A program made the translations under genes and the position numbers. From an uncultured Actinomycetota bacterium (GTDB lineage Bacteria > Actinomycetota > Actinomycetes > S36-B12), in NCBI GenBank assembly GCA_963749905.1, contig CAVVOF010000003.1, forward strand, positions 908,195-972,194: DNA of 64,000 nucleotides. The letters are read 5' to 3'. The notes below the pieces were generated by a model that had not been told where the DNA came from, ran no database searches, and saw nothing but the letters and a program-made list of their open reading frames with translations. The stretch's first letter is position 1. Every line of letters starts with the position of its first letter. Below, piece by piece: positions 47,475 to 57,188 of the stretch.

Positions 47475-49022
47475 GTGTCGCTCGATGAGGGCAAGCCCGA
47501 CGCCGAGCCCGTGTCCGCGCCCGACGCGTCCGCGAAGAGTCACTTCGCCGAGCAGCACACCATCCCGCTACGCACGCCCGCGCGCATCGGCTGGGCGGAG
47601 GCGCACTCCCACCGAGATCGTCCGCACCTGCGTCGCGACCCGCTGCGGGTCTATGCCACCCGCGCGTTCTTTCTCGACCTGCTGGTCGTGATCGTCGCAG
47701 GGGTCACCGGCTTCGTGCTCCGCTGGGCGATCCCGTACTCCGTCGAGCTCAACGACCCCACGTACCTGTCCTTCGTGGTCATCATCGTTGTCGCGTGGAT
47801 GATCATCCTGGTCATGCGGGGTGCCTACGACACACGCGTCCTCGGCGTCGGCTCGGAGGAGTTCAAGCGCGTCGTCGGGGCCACCGCGGTGGTGTTCGGT
47901 GCGGTGGCGATCGTTGCGTTCGCGCTGAAGCTGGACCTGTCCCGTGGCTTCGTGCTCATCACGTTCCTCGTCGGCTTCGTGCTGCTGCTGACCGTCCGAT
48001 GGGGGCTGCGCGCGTGGCTTCGTCACGAACGACGCTACGGACACTTCCTGCACCGCACCGTGGTCATCGGAAGCGGCGCGGCGAGCATCGAGATCACCGA
48101 CCTGCTCGACCGCGATCCGGTGGCCGGCTTCACCGTTGTCGACGTGATCGACGAGCCCGCCACCGACATCGCCGAGCAGGCCCTGGATGCCTGGCTCGAC
48201 GAGGTGATGACCCGGATCTCCCTCGAGGACGCCGACACGGTCGCCGTCGCGGGATCGCAGGCGTTGGGGCAGACCGTCGTACAGAGACTGGCGTGGCGCC
48301 TCGAAGGCCCGCGGATCGACCTGCTCGTCGCACCCACGGTCGGCGACATCGCCGGCCCTCGCGTAACCATGCGCATGGCGGCCGACCTGCCGCTGCTGCA
48401 CCTCGACGAGCCCCACCTGACCGGCCCGAAGCGGGCTATCAAGCGCACGCTCGACATCGTCTTCGGCGCGCTGCTCTTCGCCCTCTTCCTGCCGTTCATG
48501 CTCGTCGCCGCGGTAGCCGTGAAGCTGACCAGCCGCGGGCCGGTCCTGTACTTCCAGGAGCGGGTCGGCCGTGGCGGCCAGATCATCAAGGTGGCGAAGA
48601 TCCGGACGATGTACCTGGGCTCGGACGCCAAGCGCGACGAGGTGATCGGCTCACCCGACGAACTGATCCTCGATCGCTACAAGGAGGATCCGCGGATCAC
48701 CCCCGTCGGCCGATTCCTGCGCCGGTGGTCGATCGACGAGACGCCCCAGGTCGTCGCGGTCATCGCCGGGACCATGTCTCTGGTCGGTCCGCGCCCGGTG
48801 CTGGTGGACGAGATGCCGCTGCTGGGTGACGCCGACCACCGCCGGCACCTGACCAAGCCTGGACTGACCGGCCTGTGGCAGGTCTCCGGACGCAAGGAGA
48901 CCGACTGGGAGGAGCGCATGCGGCTCGACCTCGACTACGTCGAGAACTGGTCGCCGGCACTCGATCTGGTCATCGTCGCCAAGACCGTCAAGGCCGTCCT
49001 CATGGGCGACGGCGCCTACTAG
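47475..49022 (+). CDS. Exopolysaccharide priming polyprenyl glycosylphosphotransferase
   Basis: N-terminal TM bundle. KRTLDIVFGALLFALFLPFMLV, LYFQERVGRGG..KIRTM, DETPQVVAVIAGTMSLVGPRP, PGLTGLWQVSGR. Confidence 0.9.
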   Translation: MSLDEGKPDAEPVSAPDASAKSHFAEQHTIPLRTPARIGWAEAHSHRDRPHLRRDPLRVYATRAFFLDLLVVIVAGVTGFVLRWAIPYSVELNDPTYLSFVVIIVVAWMIILVMRGAYDTRVLGVGSEEFKRVVGATAVVFGAVAIVAFALKLDLSRGFVLITFLVGFVLLLTVRWGLRAWLRHERRYGHFLHRTVVIGSGAASIEITDLLDRDPVAGFTVVDVIDEPATDIAEQALDAWLDEVMTRISLEDADTVAVAGSQALGQTVVQRLAWRLEGPRIDLLVAPTVGDIAGPRVTMRMAADLPLLHLDEPHLTGPKRAIKRTLDIVFGALLFALFLPFMLVAAVAVKLTSRGPVLYFQERVGRGGQIIKVAKIRTMYLGSDAKRDEVIGSPDELILDRYKEDPRITPVGRFLRRWSIDETPQVVAVIAGTMSLVGPRPVLVDEMPLLGDADHRRHLTKPGLTGLWQVSGRKETDWEERMRLDLDYVENWSPALDLVIVAKTVKAVLMGDGAY

Positions 49023-49075
49023 GGCTCGCGCGGGCGAGACCGGGATTGCCCGGAAGCCCTACCTATACTCACGAA

Positions 49076-51010
49076 GTGACTGTGCGCCGCCCACGACTCG
49101 TGCTGGGCGGCCTCCTCGTTCTCGTGGTGGGCGGCTTCGTCTTCTGGATGCAGGCGGGGCTTCTGTACGCCCTCACCAGCCTGGCCTGGGGTGGGTACGG
49201 CCTGCAGAGCCATCTGACGGAGACCGCGGCCGGGCTCCAGGCGGGTGAGTACGACCAGGTCACCGGGGAGTACGCAGCCGCCCAGGAGTCGACCATCCAG
49301 CTGGACCGGTCCGTGGACCTGCCGCAGCTCGCCCTGCTCGAGCGACTCCGCGGCGTCGATGTCGCCGTACAGAACTGGCGGGACGTGGTTGCGGCGGCAT
49401 CCAACATCACCGACGCATCGGGCGGCCTGCTCAGTCTCTACGGGGACCTGTCCGGCAAGGGGGGCGGCGAGAAGATCTTCCGGGACGGCGCGATCGACCT
49501 CGCCATGCTGGCGGACCTGCCCGACCGGGTCACGACCGCAAGCGACCAGTTGCATGCCGCTACCGCGCATCTGCAGGCGATCCGCGCAGAGGCGGTGTGG
49601 GCGACTCCTCTCGATCGCATCCGTGACCGCGCGCTGGGCGAGATGGCCCCCGTGCAGCAGGCGGTCGAGTCACTCGAGGGCATCGCGCCGGTACTCCCCG
49701 ACGCGCTCGGGGCGAACGGTGTCCGGCGCTACCTCATCGCCATCGGGAACCAGGCGGAGATGCGGGCCAGCGGTGGCGCTCCGCTCACGCTGGTGCTGGT
49801 CGAGTTCAACGAGGGCCGGATCTCCATTCCGATCAAGGGACCGACGAGCACGCAGCTCTTCCCACCCCTGAACGCTCCGGTCAGCTGGTGGGGGCCGGCG
49901 GCCAACCCCTTCTTCCCCGGAAATCCCCGGAACGCGCCGTTCGTCGTCACCAACACCCACCCGAACCTGCAGTTCTCCGGCAAGGAGATGGCCGAGGCAT
50001 GGGTCGGCGGCAACTACCCGCCCGTGGATGGGGTGATGACGCTGGACCTGACTGCCATCGCGGCGATGCTCGACGCCACCGGGGCAGTGGAGTCCCCGGT
50101 CTACGGCACGGTGGACGGGCAACGGCTCGGCGAGATCCTGCTGATCGACGCGTACGCGGACTTCGGACAGGAGGGGGCGGCCGAACGCCAACAGGCGAAT
50201 CAGGAGCTGCTCGACATCCTGCTGGAACGTCTCCTCTCCGGCAACGACCTGGTCGCCGCCGCGCAGGCGGTGGCGAGCACCGCTCCGGGCCGGCACTTCC
50301 AGGTCTGGATGCGCAGCCCGCAGCTGGAGGCCCTCGCGCTCGAGGCCGGCGCGGCCGGGGTCGTCGATGACCCTGAAGTCGGCGACTGGTCGGCCGTCTA
50401 CACGCAGAACGGCAACCAGAGCAAGGTCGACGTCTTCCAGCAGCGCAATGTCCTGGTCACCGTGCAGCTGCGGGAGGACGGATCGGCGTCCGTCGCCCAG
50501 CAGATGACCGTCACCAACGCCACGCCACCGGACCGGCCCGCAGAAGGCACCTTCGGCCGCATCGGCTACGAGACGACCTGGCTGAAGGCCGCCTACATCA
50601 TGTACGCGCCAGACGCGGCGCGCGACTACCGCGCTTCGTACCCGACCGGTTTCGCGGTGCGGCCGTTCAAGAACCACCCGCAGCTCGGGCGTGGCTGGGT
50701 CGATGACGGCTTCGGGCACAAGATGATCCGTGTCGTGGGCTGGACTCCGCCGGGTGGGCAGAACGCCGTGTCCGTGTCCTACGAACTGCCGGCCGGCACG
50801 TTCGGCAGTGCGGCAGAGGGACGACTCGACTACCGCCTGCGCGCGCTGCCGCAGTCGATCTGGACACCGTCGACGCTGACGGTGCAGGTCACCGCGCCCA
50901 CCGGATGGACGCCGGTGCCCCTGGACGGCCAGCAGGTGAGCGGGTCCACCGCCACCGTCAGCGCCGTACAGACCGCGCCCGTGGACGTGCTGATGGGCTT
51001 CCGTCCATGA
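49076..51010 (+). CDS. DUF4012 domain-containing membrane-anchored protein
   Basis: N-terminal TM. RYLIAIGNQAEMRASGGAPLTLVLVEF matches my recollection of DUF4012. The start (GTG 49076 or 49082) sits 6 nt after TATACT. Confidence 0.7.
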   Translation: MTVRRPRLVLGGLLVLVVGGFVFWMQAGLLYALTSLAWGGYGLQSHLTETAAGLQAGEYDQVTGEYAAAQESTIQLDRSVDLPQLALLERLRGVDVAVQNWRDVVAAASNITDASGGLLSLYGDLSGKGGGEKIFRDGAIDLAMLADLPDRVTTASDQLHAATAHLQAIRAEAVWATPLDRIRDRALGEMAPVQQAVESLEGIAPVLPDALGANGVRRYLIAIGNQAEMRASGGAPLTLVLVEFNEGRISIPIKGPTSTQLFPPLNAPVSWWGPAANPFFPGNPRNAPFVVTNTHPNLQFSGKEMAEAWVGGNYPPVDGVMTLDLTAIAAMLDATGAVESPVYGTVDGQRLGEILLIDAYADFGQEGAAERQQANQELLDILLERLLSGNDLVAAAQAVASTAPGRHFQVWMRSPQLEALALEAGAAGVVDDPEVGDWSAVYTQNGNQSKVDVFQQRNVLVTVQLREDGSASVAQQMTVTNATPPDRPAEGTFGRIGYETTWLKAAYIMYAPDAARDYRASYPTGFAVRPFKNHPQLGRGWVDDGFGHKMIRVVGWTPPGGQNAVSVSYELPAGTFGSAAEGRLDYRLRALPQSIWTPSTLTVQVTAPTGWTPVPLDGQQVSGSTATVSAVQTAPVDVLMGFRP

Positions 51011-52965
51011 CGGCGACCACCCGGTACGTCGGGGCCCTCGGGGCGGCCACAGCCCTGACCGTCGTCGTCCTGTGGCTGATCCCGCCCGTGGGCCTGGTGG
51101 CCGCCGCCGTGCTGCTGGTGATCCTGCCGCCCTGGGGTCGCGGCCTCACCGAGCGAGCGGTCATCTCCGGCCTGGTGCTGCTCGGTGTCGTCGCCGTCGT
51201 CTTCCCGCGCGCAGGCGGCCTGCCGGTCACGTCGGTGAGTTCCCGTGCGCTGCTCTCGTTGCTGCTGCTGACGATCCTCGCCCTGCGCCTCGTGCCGGGG
51301 CTACGCGATGCGCGTATCCCGAGGCCGAGCCTGAGCGACGGCATCGCCCTGGTGTTCGGGGTGGTCAGTGCCTTCTGGCTGATGGCCGCCTACCTCGGCC
51401 GATCCACCACGGAGATCGTCAGCGGCCTGTTCTTCAGCGGGTGGGACAACCACGCGCACTTCACCACGTTCGCCAACACCTACGAGTCGGCGAGCACGAC
51501 GTGGCCGACGATCGATGGCTCGGTCGCGTGGAACCAGTGGTACCCGTCGCTGCACTCGACGGTGTGGTCGCTGCTCGAACTCGGCCTGCGGCCGGTGGAG
51601 CCACTGCTCGACCGTCCGGGCCTGCTGTGGCCCTATGTGCAGTGGAACGCGATCACGTTCGCCGCCTGCCTGGTCGCGCTCGCGTGGGTGGCCGGGGATC
51701 TCGCGGCCCGGCTTGGCGGACGCTCGCGAGAGTCCTGGGCACGGCCTCTGGGCGTGGCCCTCGTCGCGGTCTTCGGCCTGCTCGGCTCCCCTGCCTACCT
51801 CTACAACGCCGGCTTCACGAACTTCGCCATGGGTGTGACCGTCGTCGTCGTCGCGGCCTACCTCAGCGCTCGTAGCCTGCGGTCGGCGCGAGTGCTGGGC
51901 TGGTTCGTGATCCCGCTGGCGGTCATCTCCGTGATCGGGCTGTGGACTCCTCTGGTGCTCGGCCTGATCCCCGCTGGCGTGATCGTCGCCGTCGCGCTGA
52001 TCCGGTACCGCTGGTGGCTGGGTGTCCTCTGGCTGCTGGCCGCCGCCCTCGCTGGCGGCTTCCTCGCGCTCACCCAGCTCTCGGCGATCCTCGGCGTCGA
52101 GCCGGGTCAGGGCGGTGCTGACGTCACTTCCGACCTAGGTGCTGTCAGCACCGGCATGGTGCCCTTCGAGCTTGGCATTGCCCTGCTCGCGCCGGTGATC
52201 GCGATCCTGCTCGCCGTGCTGATCGGAGTGCGACGTGGCTGGCCGCTGGCGGTGGCCGTCCTCGGTCCGACCGTCGGGTTCGGAGCGGTGGCGTTGTACT
52301 TCCTCGGCGCCGTCGATGCGGCCGGCGTCGGCCGTCTGCAGGCCTACTACTTCCTCAAGCCGCTCGACGCGATGCTGCTGGCAGTGGCGCCCCTCATCGC
52401 GGCAGCGGTCGCCGTGGCGATCGTGCGCGTGGTCGATGGGCTGCCTCGCGTGAGTGCCGCTCTCGCCACGGCCCTGAGCCTGGTCATCATCGTCGCCCTG
52501 TTCGGCTACGCGGGCGCTCTGACACCGCGAGGTGACGGCCTGGCGGCCGCCGCGGGAGTGCAGGCGGGTGCGGATCGCACCCGCGGCATCGAGGACCCGC
52601 TCGTCGGCGAGGCGATCATCCGCGCGCAGGAGGCCGCCCGTCCCTATCCGGATCGGGCCACCCTGCTGTGGGACGGTGCAGGCACGCTGCCCAACCTCTG
52701 GGTGATGTCGCTGCACGGCGTGCTGTCGAAGACGGAGCAGAAGTTCTACAAGGGCCTGCCCGCGTTCCCGTACGACAGCCGGGCGCTCGGCTACGTCGAC
52801 CTCTCGCTGCAGACCAGCCCGGAGCTCGACCTCGTCGCCCTGTGGTTCCGGCCCTCATCCGGCGAGCTCTTCGACGCATACCTGGCCGAGCGGAACGATG
52901 ACCGGGTGGTGTCCGTCGAAGTGCCGATGCCGCCCAACGACCTGTGCCCGGAGTGCGTCCCGTGA
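51007..52965 (+). CDS. 652-aa polytopic membrane protein of unknown function with C-terminal soluble domain
   Basis: ATGA overlap with the DUF4012 gene. More than 12 hydrophobic segments. C-terminal ~190 aa are hydrophilic and end in CPECVP. No motif I can name. Confidence 0.6.
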   Translation: MTATTRYVGALGAATALTVVVLWLIPPVGLVAAAVLLVILPPWGRGLTERAVISGLVLLGVVAVVFPRAGGLPVTSVSSRALLSLLLLTILALRLVPGLRDARIPRPSLSDGIALVFGVVSAFWLMAAYLGRSTTEIVSGLFFSGWDNHAHFTTFANTYESASTTWPTIDGSVAWNQWYPSLHSTVWSLLELGLRPVEPLLDRPGLLWPYVQWNAITFAACLVALAWVAGDLAARLGGRSRESWARPLGVALVAVFGLLGSPAYLYNAGFTNFAMGVTVVVVAAYLSARSLRSARVLGWFVIPLAVISVIGLWTPLVLGLIPAGVIVAVALIRYRWWLGVLWLLAAALAGGFLALTQLSAILGVEPGQGGADVTSDLGAVSTGMVPFELGIALLAPVIAILLAVLIGVRRGWPLAVAVLGPTVGFGAVALYFLGAVDAAGVGRLQAYYFLKPLDAMLLAVAPLIAAAVAVAIVRVVDGLPRVSAALATALSLVIIVALFGYAGALTPRGDGLAAAAGVQAGADRTRGIEDPLVGEAIIRAQEAARPYPDRATLLWDGAGTLPNLWVMSLHGVLSKTEQKFYKGLPAFPYDSRALGYVDLSLQTSPELDLVALWFRPSSGELFDAYLAERNDDRVVSVEVPMPPNDLCPECVP

Positions 52966-55269
52966 TGCAGCGCCGGACGCTCGGCCGCTGGCGCGCCCGG
53001 GCTTGGCTTGCTGTGCCGACGGCGGTTGCGGTCGGCGTGGCGACATTGGCGACGGCGCCCGCCAGCGTGGGAGCGCAAACGGGACCCGACGGGCAGCCCC
53101 GGGTCCAACCCGCACCCGACCTGCCCGATCTGCCGGATGTCCCGTCGAAGTGGCCCAAGGGCAAGATCCTTCCGCTGTCCGTCCCGGCCGCGGGCGCGGC
53201 TGATCGGGGCGTCTGGGTGGTCTGGGGGGACGGCTCACGTCGCCGCACCGGAACCGAGGTGCAGCTGCCGCCCGCCACCGGCATCCCCCTCATGGCCGAC
53301 TGGAACGGCGACGGCGTCGCCACGCCGGGGCGGTACGAGGCGGGTCAGTGGTTCGTCACCAACGCCGCCGCCAACTCCCCGCAATGGGAGGCGCGGACCA
53401 CGTTCGGGGGTGACCCCAGGGACGTGCCGGTGACGGGGGACATCGACGGGGACGGGCAGGTCGACGTCGGCGTCTTCCGCGACGGGCAATGGCTGTGGCA
53501 GCTGGTGAGCGGCCAAGCGATCGATCCCATCAGCTATGGCCGGCCGGGGGACCGGCCCGTCGTGGGCGACTGGGACGGCGACGGGGTTCGACGACCTCGG
53601 CATCTTCCGCGCCGGTGAGTGGTACCTGCGGCTGACCGGCGTCGACGCCAAGCCTCAGGTGGACCGAACCATCGACGTCGACCGTGATCGGCGGGCCCGC
53701 ACGGCGGTGCTGAGCTTCGTGTTCGGCTCGTTCGGGGACCTCCCGGTGGTCGGTGACTGGGACCGTGACGGCCGCTCGGAGCCGGGGGTGGTGCAGGACC
53801 GAAGCGCGTGGGTCCTCAGCGGGGGCCTCGGTGCCCTGCGGCCGACGACCAGGCAGGTGCACCCGCTCGCGGTCGACGAGACCGCGTTGGTGGGCAGCCA
53901 GGCCACGCGCGACGACCACTGCCCCTCCGGAACGTTCGCGGGTGAGAAGACTGGCAAGAAGCTCAAGAAGCTGGTCGACAAGCCCAAGACTCCCGGCGGC
54001 AGTCGCGCGATCGTCGGCAACCAGGAGGTGCTCGGCACGCTGCAGGACGGGCTGCGCTACGTCGTCACCAGCGACCTCACCGACCGCCTGCGCGGTCGGA
54101 CCGACGTCGCGTTCTACGACCCGCTCAGCACCCACAAGACGATCGAGGAGTCCGTCCGGCGCTCGGCCAACTCGGCCCTCTCGGCCGCGGTGGCCCTGAC
54201 CACGTCGCCCTGGGGCACCATCAACAACATCAGCAAGAAGGAGCTGACCGACTACGCGCGCTGGCACATCCGCTCGCTTGCCTGCCAGCACGGAGCGGTC
54301 ACCCCTGGCGGCTGGGGCAACACCTGGCAGTCGGCGCTGTGGGCCGTCACGGTGGGGCAGGCCGGCTGGATGCTGTGGCCGAAGCTGAGCAAGAACGAGC
54401 GCGCGCTGGTGGCGGCGATGGTGGAGAGCGAAGCCGACTACGCGACCGCTCGGGGTCCGCGGTACCTGCGGAACCGACTCGGCACGGACATCACGCCGGG
54501 CAACTCTCAGGCGGACGAGGTCTCCTGGGACCTGCTCGCGCCGGCCCTGGCCATGGCGATGATGCCGGAGCATCCGCGCTACAGCGAATGGCGCGATGCA
54601 CTGATCGGGATGGCGATCGCCGCATTCGCGCGGCCCGGCGACCTGCGGCAGGAGCAGGTCTTCAACGGTGTTAGGCCGGACATCAGACTGCCGGGCACGA
54701 ACGCGAACGAGGATGGCACGGTCATCAACCACGGCATCGTGAACCCGGACTACGTCCAGAACGTGCAGCACCTGTGGTGGGCGGCCAGCCTGCTGCGGTC
54801 GGCGGGGCAGCCGGTGCCGGAAGCGCTGTTCATGAACGCGGACATCGTCTACCGCGCACTCGCGGTCGTGGAGTACCCGTCGCCGCCGTACGCCGCGCCG
54901 GGCGGCACGGTCTACCAGCCGGGTGGGCAGATCTACTACCCCATGGGTGTGAGCTGGGGCGTGCGTCGCCCGGCCACCTTCGTCGGCGTCGACGCGTTCG
55001 CGAACGCGTACGCCGCAGCGGACACGCGGGCCGGTGAGTTCCTCGCCGCGCACGCGCGCGACGCCCGGGCACTTCAACTGCGCTGGCGGGACGGTCACAT
55101 GTATGCGGAGGGCCCGGGCGAGGAGTCCTACCGCCTGGGCAAGGAGGAGTACGCCCTGCAGCAGATGGCCCTGGCATGGTGGGCCGGCGCGGTGAAGTCG
55201 CGTCTGCGGATGACTGTGGACCGGACCGCGTACCCCGGCGTCAGCCTCGGCATCCGCACCGATCGTTGA
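52965..55269 (+). pseudogene. Secreted FG-GAP/VCBS-repeat protein with large uncharacterised C-terminal domain, split by +1 G in a G4 run
   Basis: Signal MQRRTLGRWRARAWLAVPTAVAVGVATLATAPASVGA. Repeats ADWNGDG, GDIDGDG, GDWDGDG|FDDLGIFRAGEW, GDWDRDG. The frame changes at GGGG 53583..53586. Confidence 0.65.
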
Positions 55270-55289
55270 GTGCCGGTTCGGATGGCCGG

Positions 55290-56477
55290 ATGACGCGGGC
55301 GGCGCCGAGATCGATGGCGCTGTTCTATGTCGTCATCGCCCTGGTCGCCTTCAACCTGCGGGATGCGCTCACCAGCCTGCCCACCGTGCTGCGCGAGATC
55401 CAGGAGGCGACGGGGGCGAACGAGGTCATGCTCGGCGCCCTGACGACGATCCCGGTGCTGTGCATGGGAGCCTTCGCCATCCTCGCTCCGATCACGGCCG
55501 CGCGGTTCGGCGCCACCCGCGTGGTGTCGGCAGCGCTGGCAATCCTCTTCGTGGCCATGGGCATGCGTCTGTGGGCAGCGCATCCGATGGTGCTGCCGGT
55601 GTCCGTGGTGCTCGCCGGAACGGGGATTGCCCTCGGGGCCGGGCTCGTCCCGGGAATCATCAGAGGCCAGGCCCCGGCGCGCATCGGAGTGGCGACGAGC
55701 GCCTGGACGACGGCGATGTTCGTCGGTGCCGGTGCTGCCGCCGCCTTGACCGTGCCGTTGTCCCAGCTGCTGGGGTCGTGGGAGCGTGCACTCGCCTTCT
55801 GGGCCATCCCTGCGGCGATCGGCTGGCTCGCGTGGAGTCTGTACGAGCGACCCTTCCGGACCCCCGTCACGGGAGGGATGCGGCTGAGGGTGGCCGAACT
55901 GCCCTGGCGTGATCCGATCGCCTGGGCGTTGACGGCGTGGGTGGCCATCAACTCGATCGTGTTCTACAGCTCTGTTGCCTGGCTGGCGCCGTCGTTCGTC
56001 GACCGCGGTCTCACTCCGGCGGAAGCAGGGTTGGCCTTCGGCGTGTTCAGCATCGTGCAGATCCTCGCCGCGCTGGTCGTGCCGTCAGCGATCCATCGCA
56101 GTGAGCGGCCGCGGCTGCTGCTGTCACTGATCGTGGCGGTGGGCGTGGTGTCGCTGCTCGTCCTCGCCTTCGGTCCGACGCCCGCGGCGATCGTGGCACT
56201 CGTGGCGTACGCGTTGTCCCTCGCGGCCGGCTTCACGGCCGGACTCGCGCTGATCCCGATGACGGCGCGCGACCAGCAGGATGCGGCCGGCCTGACCGCC
56301 GTGGTGTTCACGGTCACGTACCTGTTCGGGGCGATCGGTCCCATCGTCTGCGGGGCGATCGTGCTGGCCACCGGGTCGTACACCCTCGTCTTCGTGGGGC
56401 TCGCGGTGGTGGGTGCGCTTCAGGCGGTGCCGGTGGCCTGGCTGAAGCGTGGGGCGAAGACGCGCGAGCCGGCCTGA
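55290..56477 (+). CDS. MFS transporter (CynX-like)
   Basis: 12 predicted hydrophobic segments. LFYVVIALVAFNLRDALTSLPTVL. Confidence 0.8.
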   Translation: MTRAAPRSMALFYVVIALVAFNLRDALTSLPTVLREIQEATGANEVMLGALTTIPVLCMGAFAILAPITAARFGATRVVSAALAILFVAMGMRLWAAHPMVLPVSVVLAGTGIALGAGLVPGIIRGQAPARIGVATSAWTTAMFVGAGAAAALTVPLSQLLGSWERALAFWAIPAAIGWLAWSLYERPFRTPVTGGMRLRVAELPWRDPIAWALTAWVAINSIVFYSSVAWLAPSFVDRGLTPAEAGLAFGVFSIVQILAALVVPSAIHRSERPRLLLSLIVAVGVVSLLVLAFGPTPAAIVALVAYALSLAAGFTAGLALIPMTARDQQDAAGLTAVVFTVTYLFGAIGPIVCGAIVLATGSYTLVFVGLAVVGALQAVPVAWLKRGAKTREPA

Positions 56478-56488
56478 CTCCGTCCCGT

Positions 56489-56552
56489 CGTTGAGTGCGG
56501 ACTTGTTGCGGACCCAGGGGGGCAGAAACGCGCAACAACTCCGCACTCAACG
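56489..56552. terminator. 22-bp hairpin between convergent MFS and rmlC genes
   Basis: CGTTGAGTGCGGACTTGTTGCG ... CGCAACAACTCCGCACTCAACG (one mismatch). The right arm includes the rmlC stop codon. Confidence 0.5.
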
Positions 56553-57149
56553 AATGGAGCGGAGTTCTTCGACGAAGGCCTGGCACTCGGCGTAGTCGGG
56601 CAGCAGCCCCTGCTCGAGCGCCTCGGCGAGGGTCGGTGCGCCCTCGTCCTTGGGCGAGAGCAGCAGTTCCATGTCCGGCCACGGCAGGCCGAGCGCCGGA
56701 TCGACGGGTGTGACGCCATGCTCGTGGCTGGGGGCGTACGGCTCCGAGCACAGGTAGCCGACGGTCACCGACTCCGTCAGGGCGCAGAACGCATGCCCGA
56801 GCCCCTCGGCGATGTACAGGCCGTTGCGCAGCTCCGCGGACAGCTCGATGGCGTCCCACTGGCCGAACGTCGGTGAGCCGACGCGGATGTCGACCACCAC
56901 GTCGAGGATGCTTCCCTCGAAGCACTGCACGTACTTGGCCTGCCCCGGCGGCACGTCCGCGAAGTGCACCCCGCGCACCGTGCCGGCCTTGGACACCGAG
57001 ATGTTCATCTGCTGAAGATCGAACGGATGGCCGATGGCCTCCTCGAACACCGAGGCCTTGAAGGACTCGAGGAACACGCCTCGATCATCGGGCCGGAGGA
57101 CGGGGGTGAACTCCCACACGCCGTCGATGCCGCGAGCGGTGACCTCCAC
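56547..57149 (-). CDS. rmlC: dTDP-4-dehydrorhamnose 3,5-epimerase
   Basis: FTPVLRPDDRGVFLESF, VRGVHF, KYVQCFEGSILDVVVDIRVGSPTFGQW, GLYIAEGLGHAF. GTG start assumed. Confidence 0.88.
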   Translation of the reverse strand: MEVTARGIDGVWEFTPVLRPDDRGVFLESFKASVFEEAIGHPFDLQQMNISVSKAGTVRGVHFADVPPGQAKYVQCFEGSILDVVVDIRVGSPTFGQWDAIELSAELRNGLYIAEGLGHAFCALTESVTVGYLCSEPYAPSHEHGVTPVDPALGLPWPDMELLLSPKDEGAPTLAEALEQGLLPDYAECQAFVEELRSIR

Positions 57150-57188
57150 GGCGGGGAGGCTACCAGCCGGGATGAGTACGGTTGCGGC

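Noticed and set aside
49064-49078. Leaderless transcription of the DUF4012 gene (TATACT 6 nt before GTG 49076).
   Set aside because: The spacing is suggestive, but this is a single hexamer match. The gene may simply be co-transcribed with the upstream transferase (54-nt gap). It cannot be supported without TSS data.
53583-53586. Phase variation or programmed frameshifting at the G4 run (likewise the CCC runs at about 61221 and 63669).
   Set aside because: Runs of 3-4 nt are too short for efficient slipped-strand switching, and no slippery heptamer or stimulatory structure is evident. A mutation or a sequencing error is more likely.
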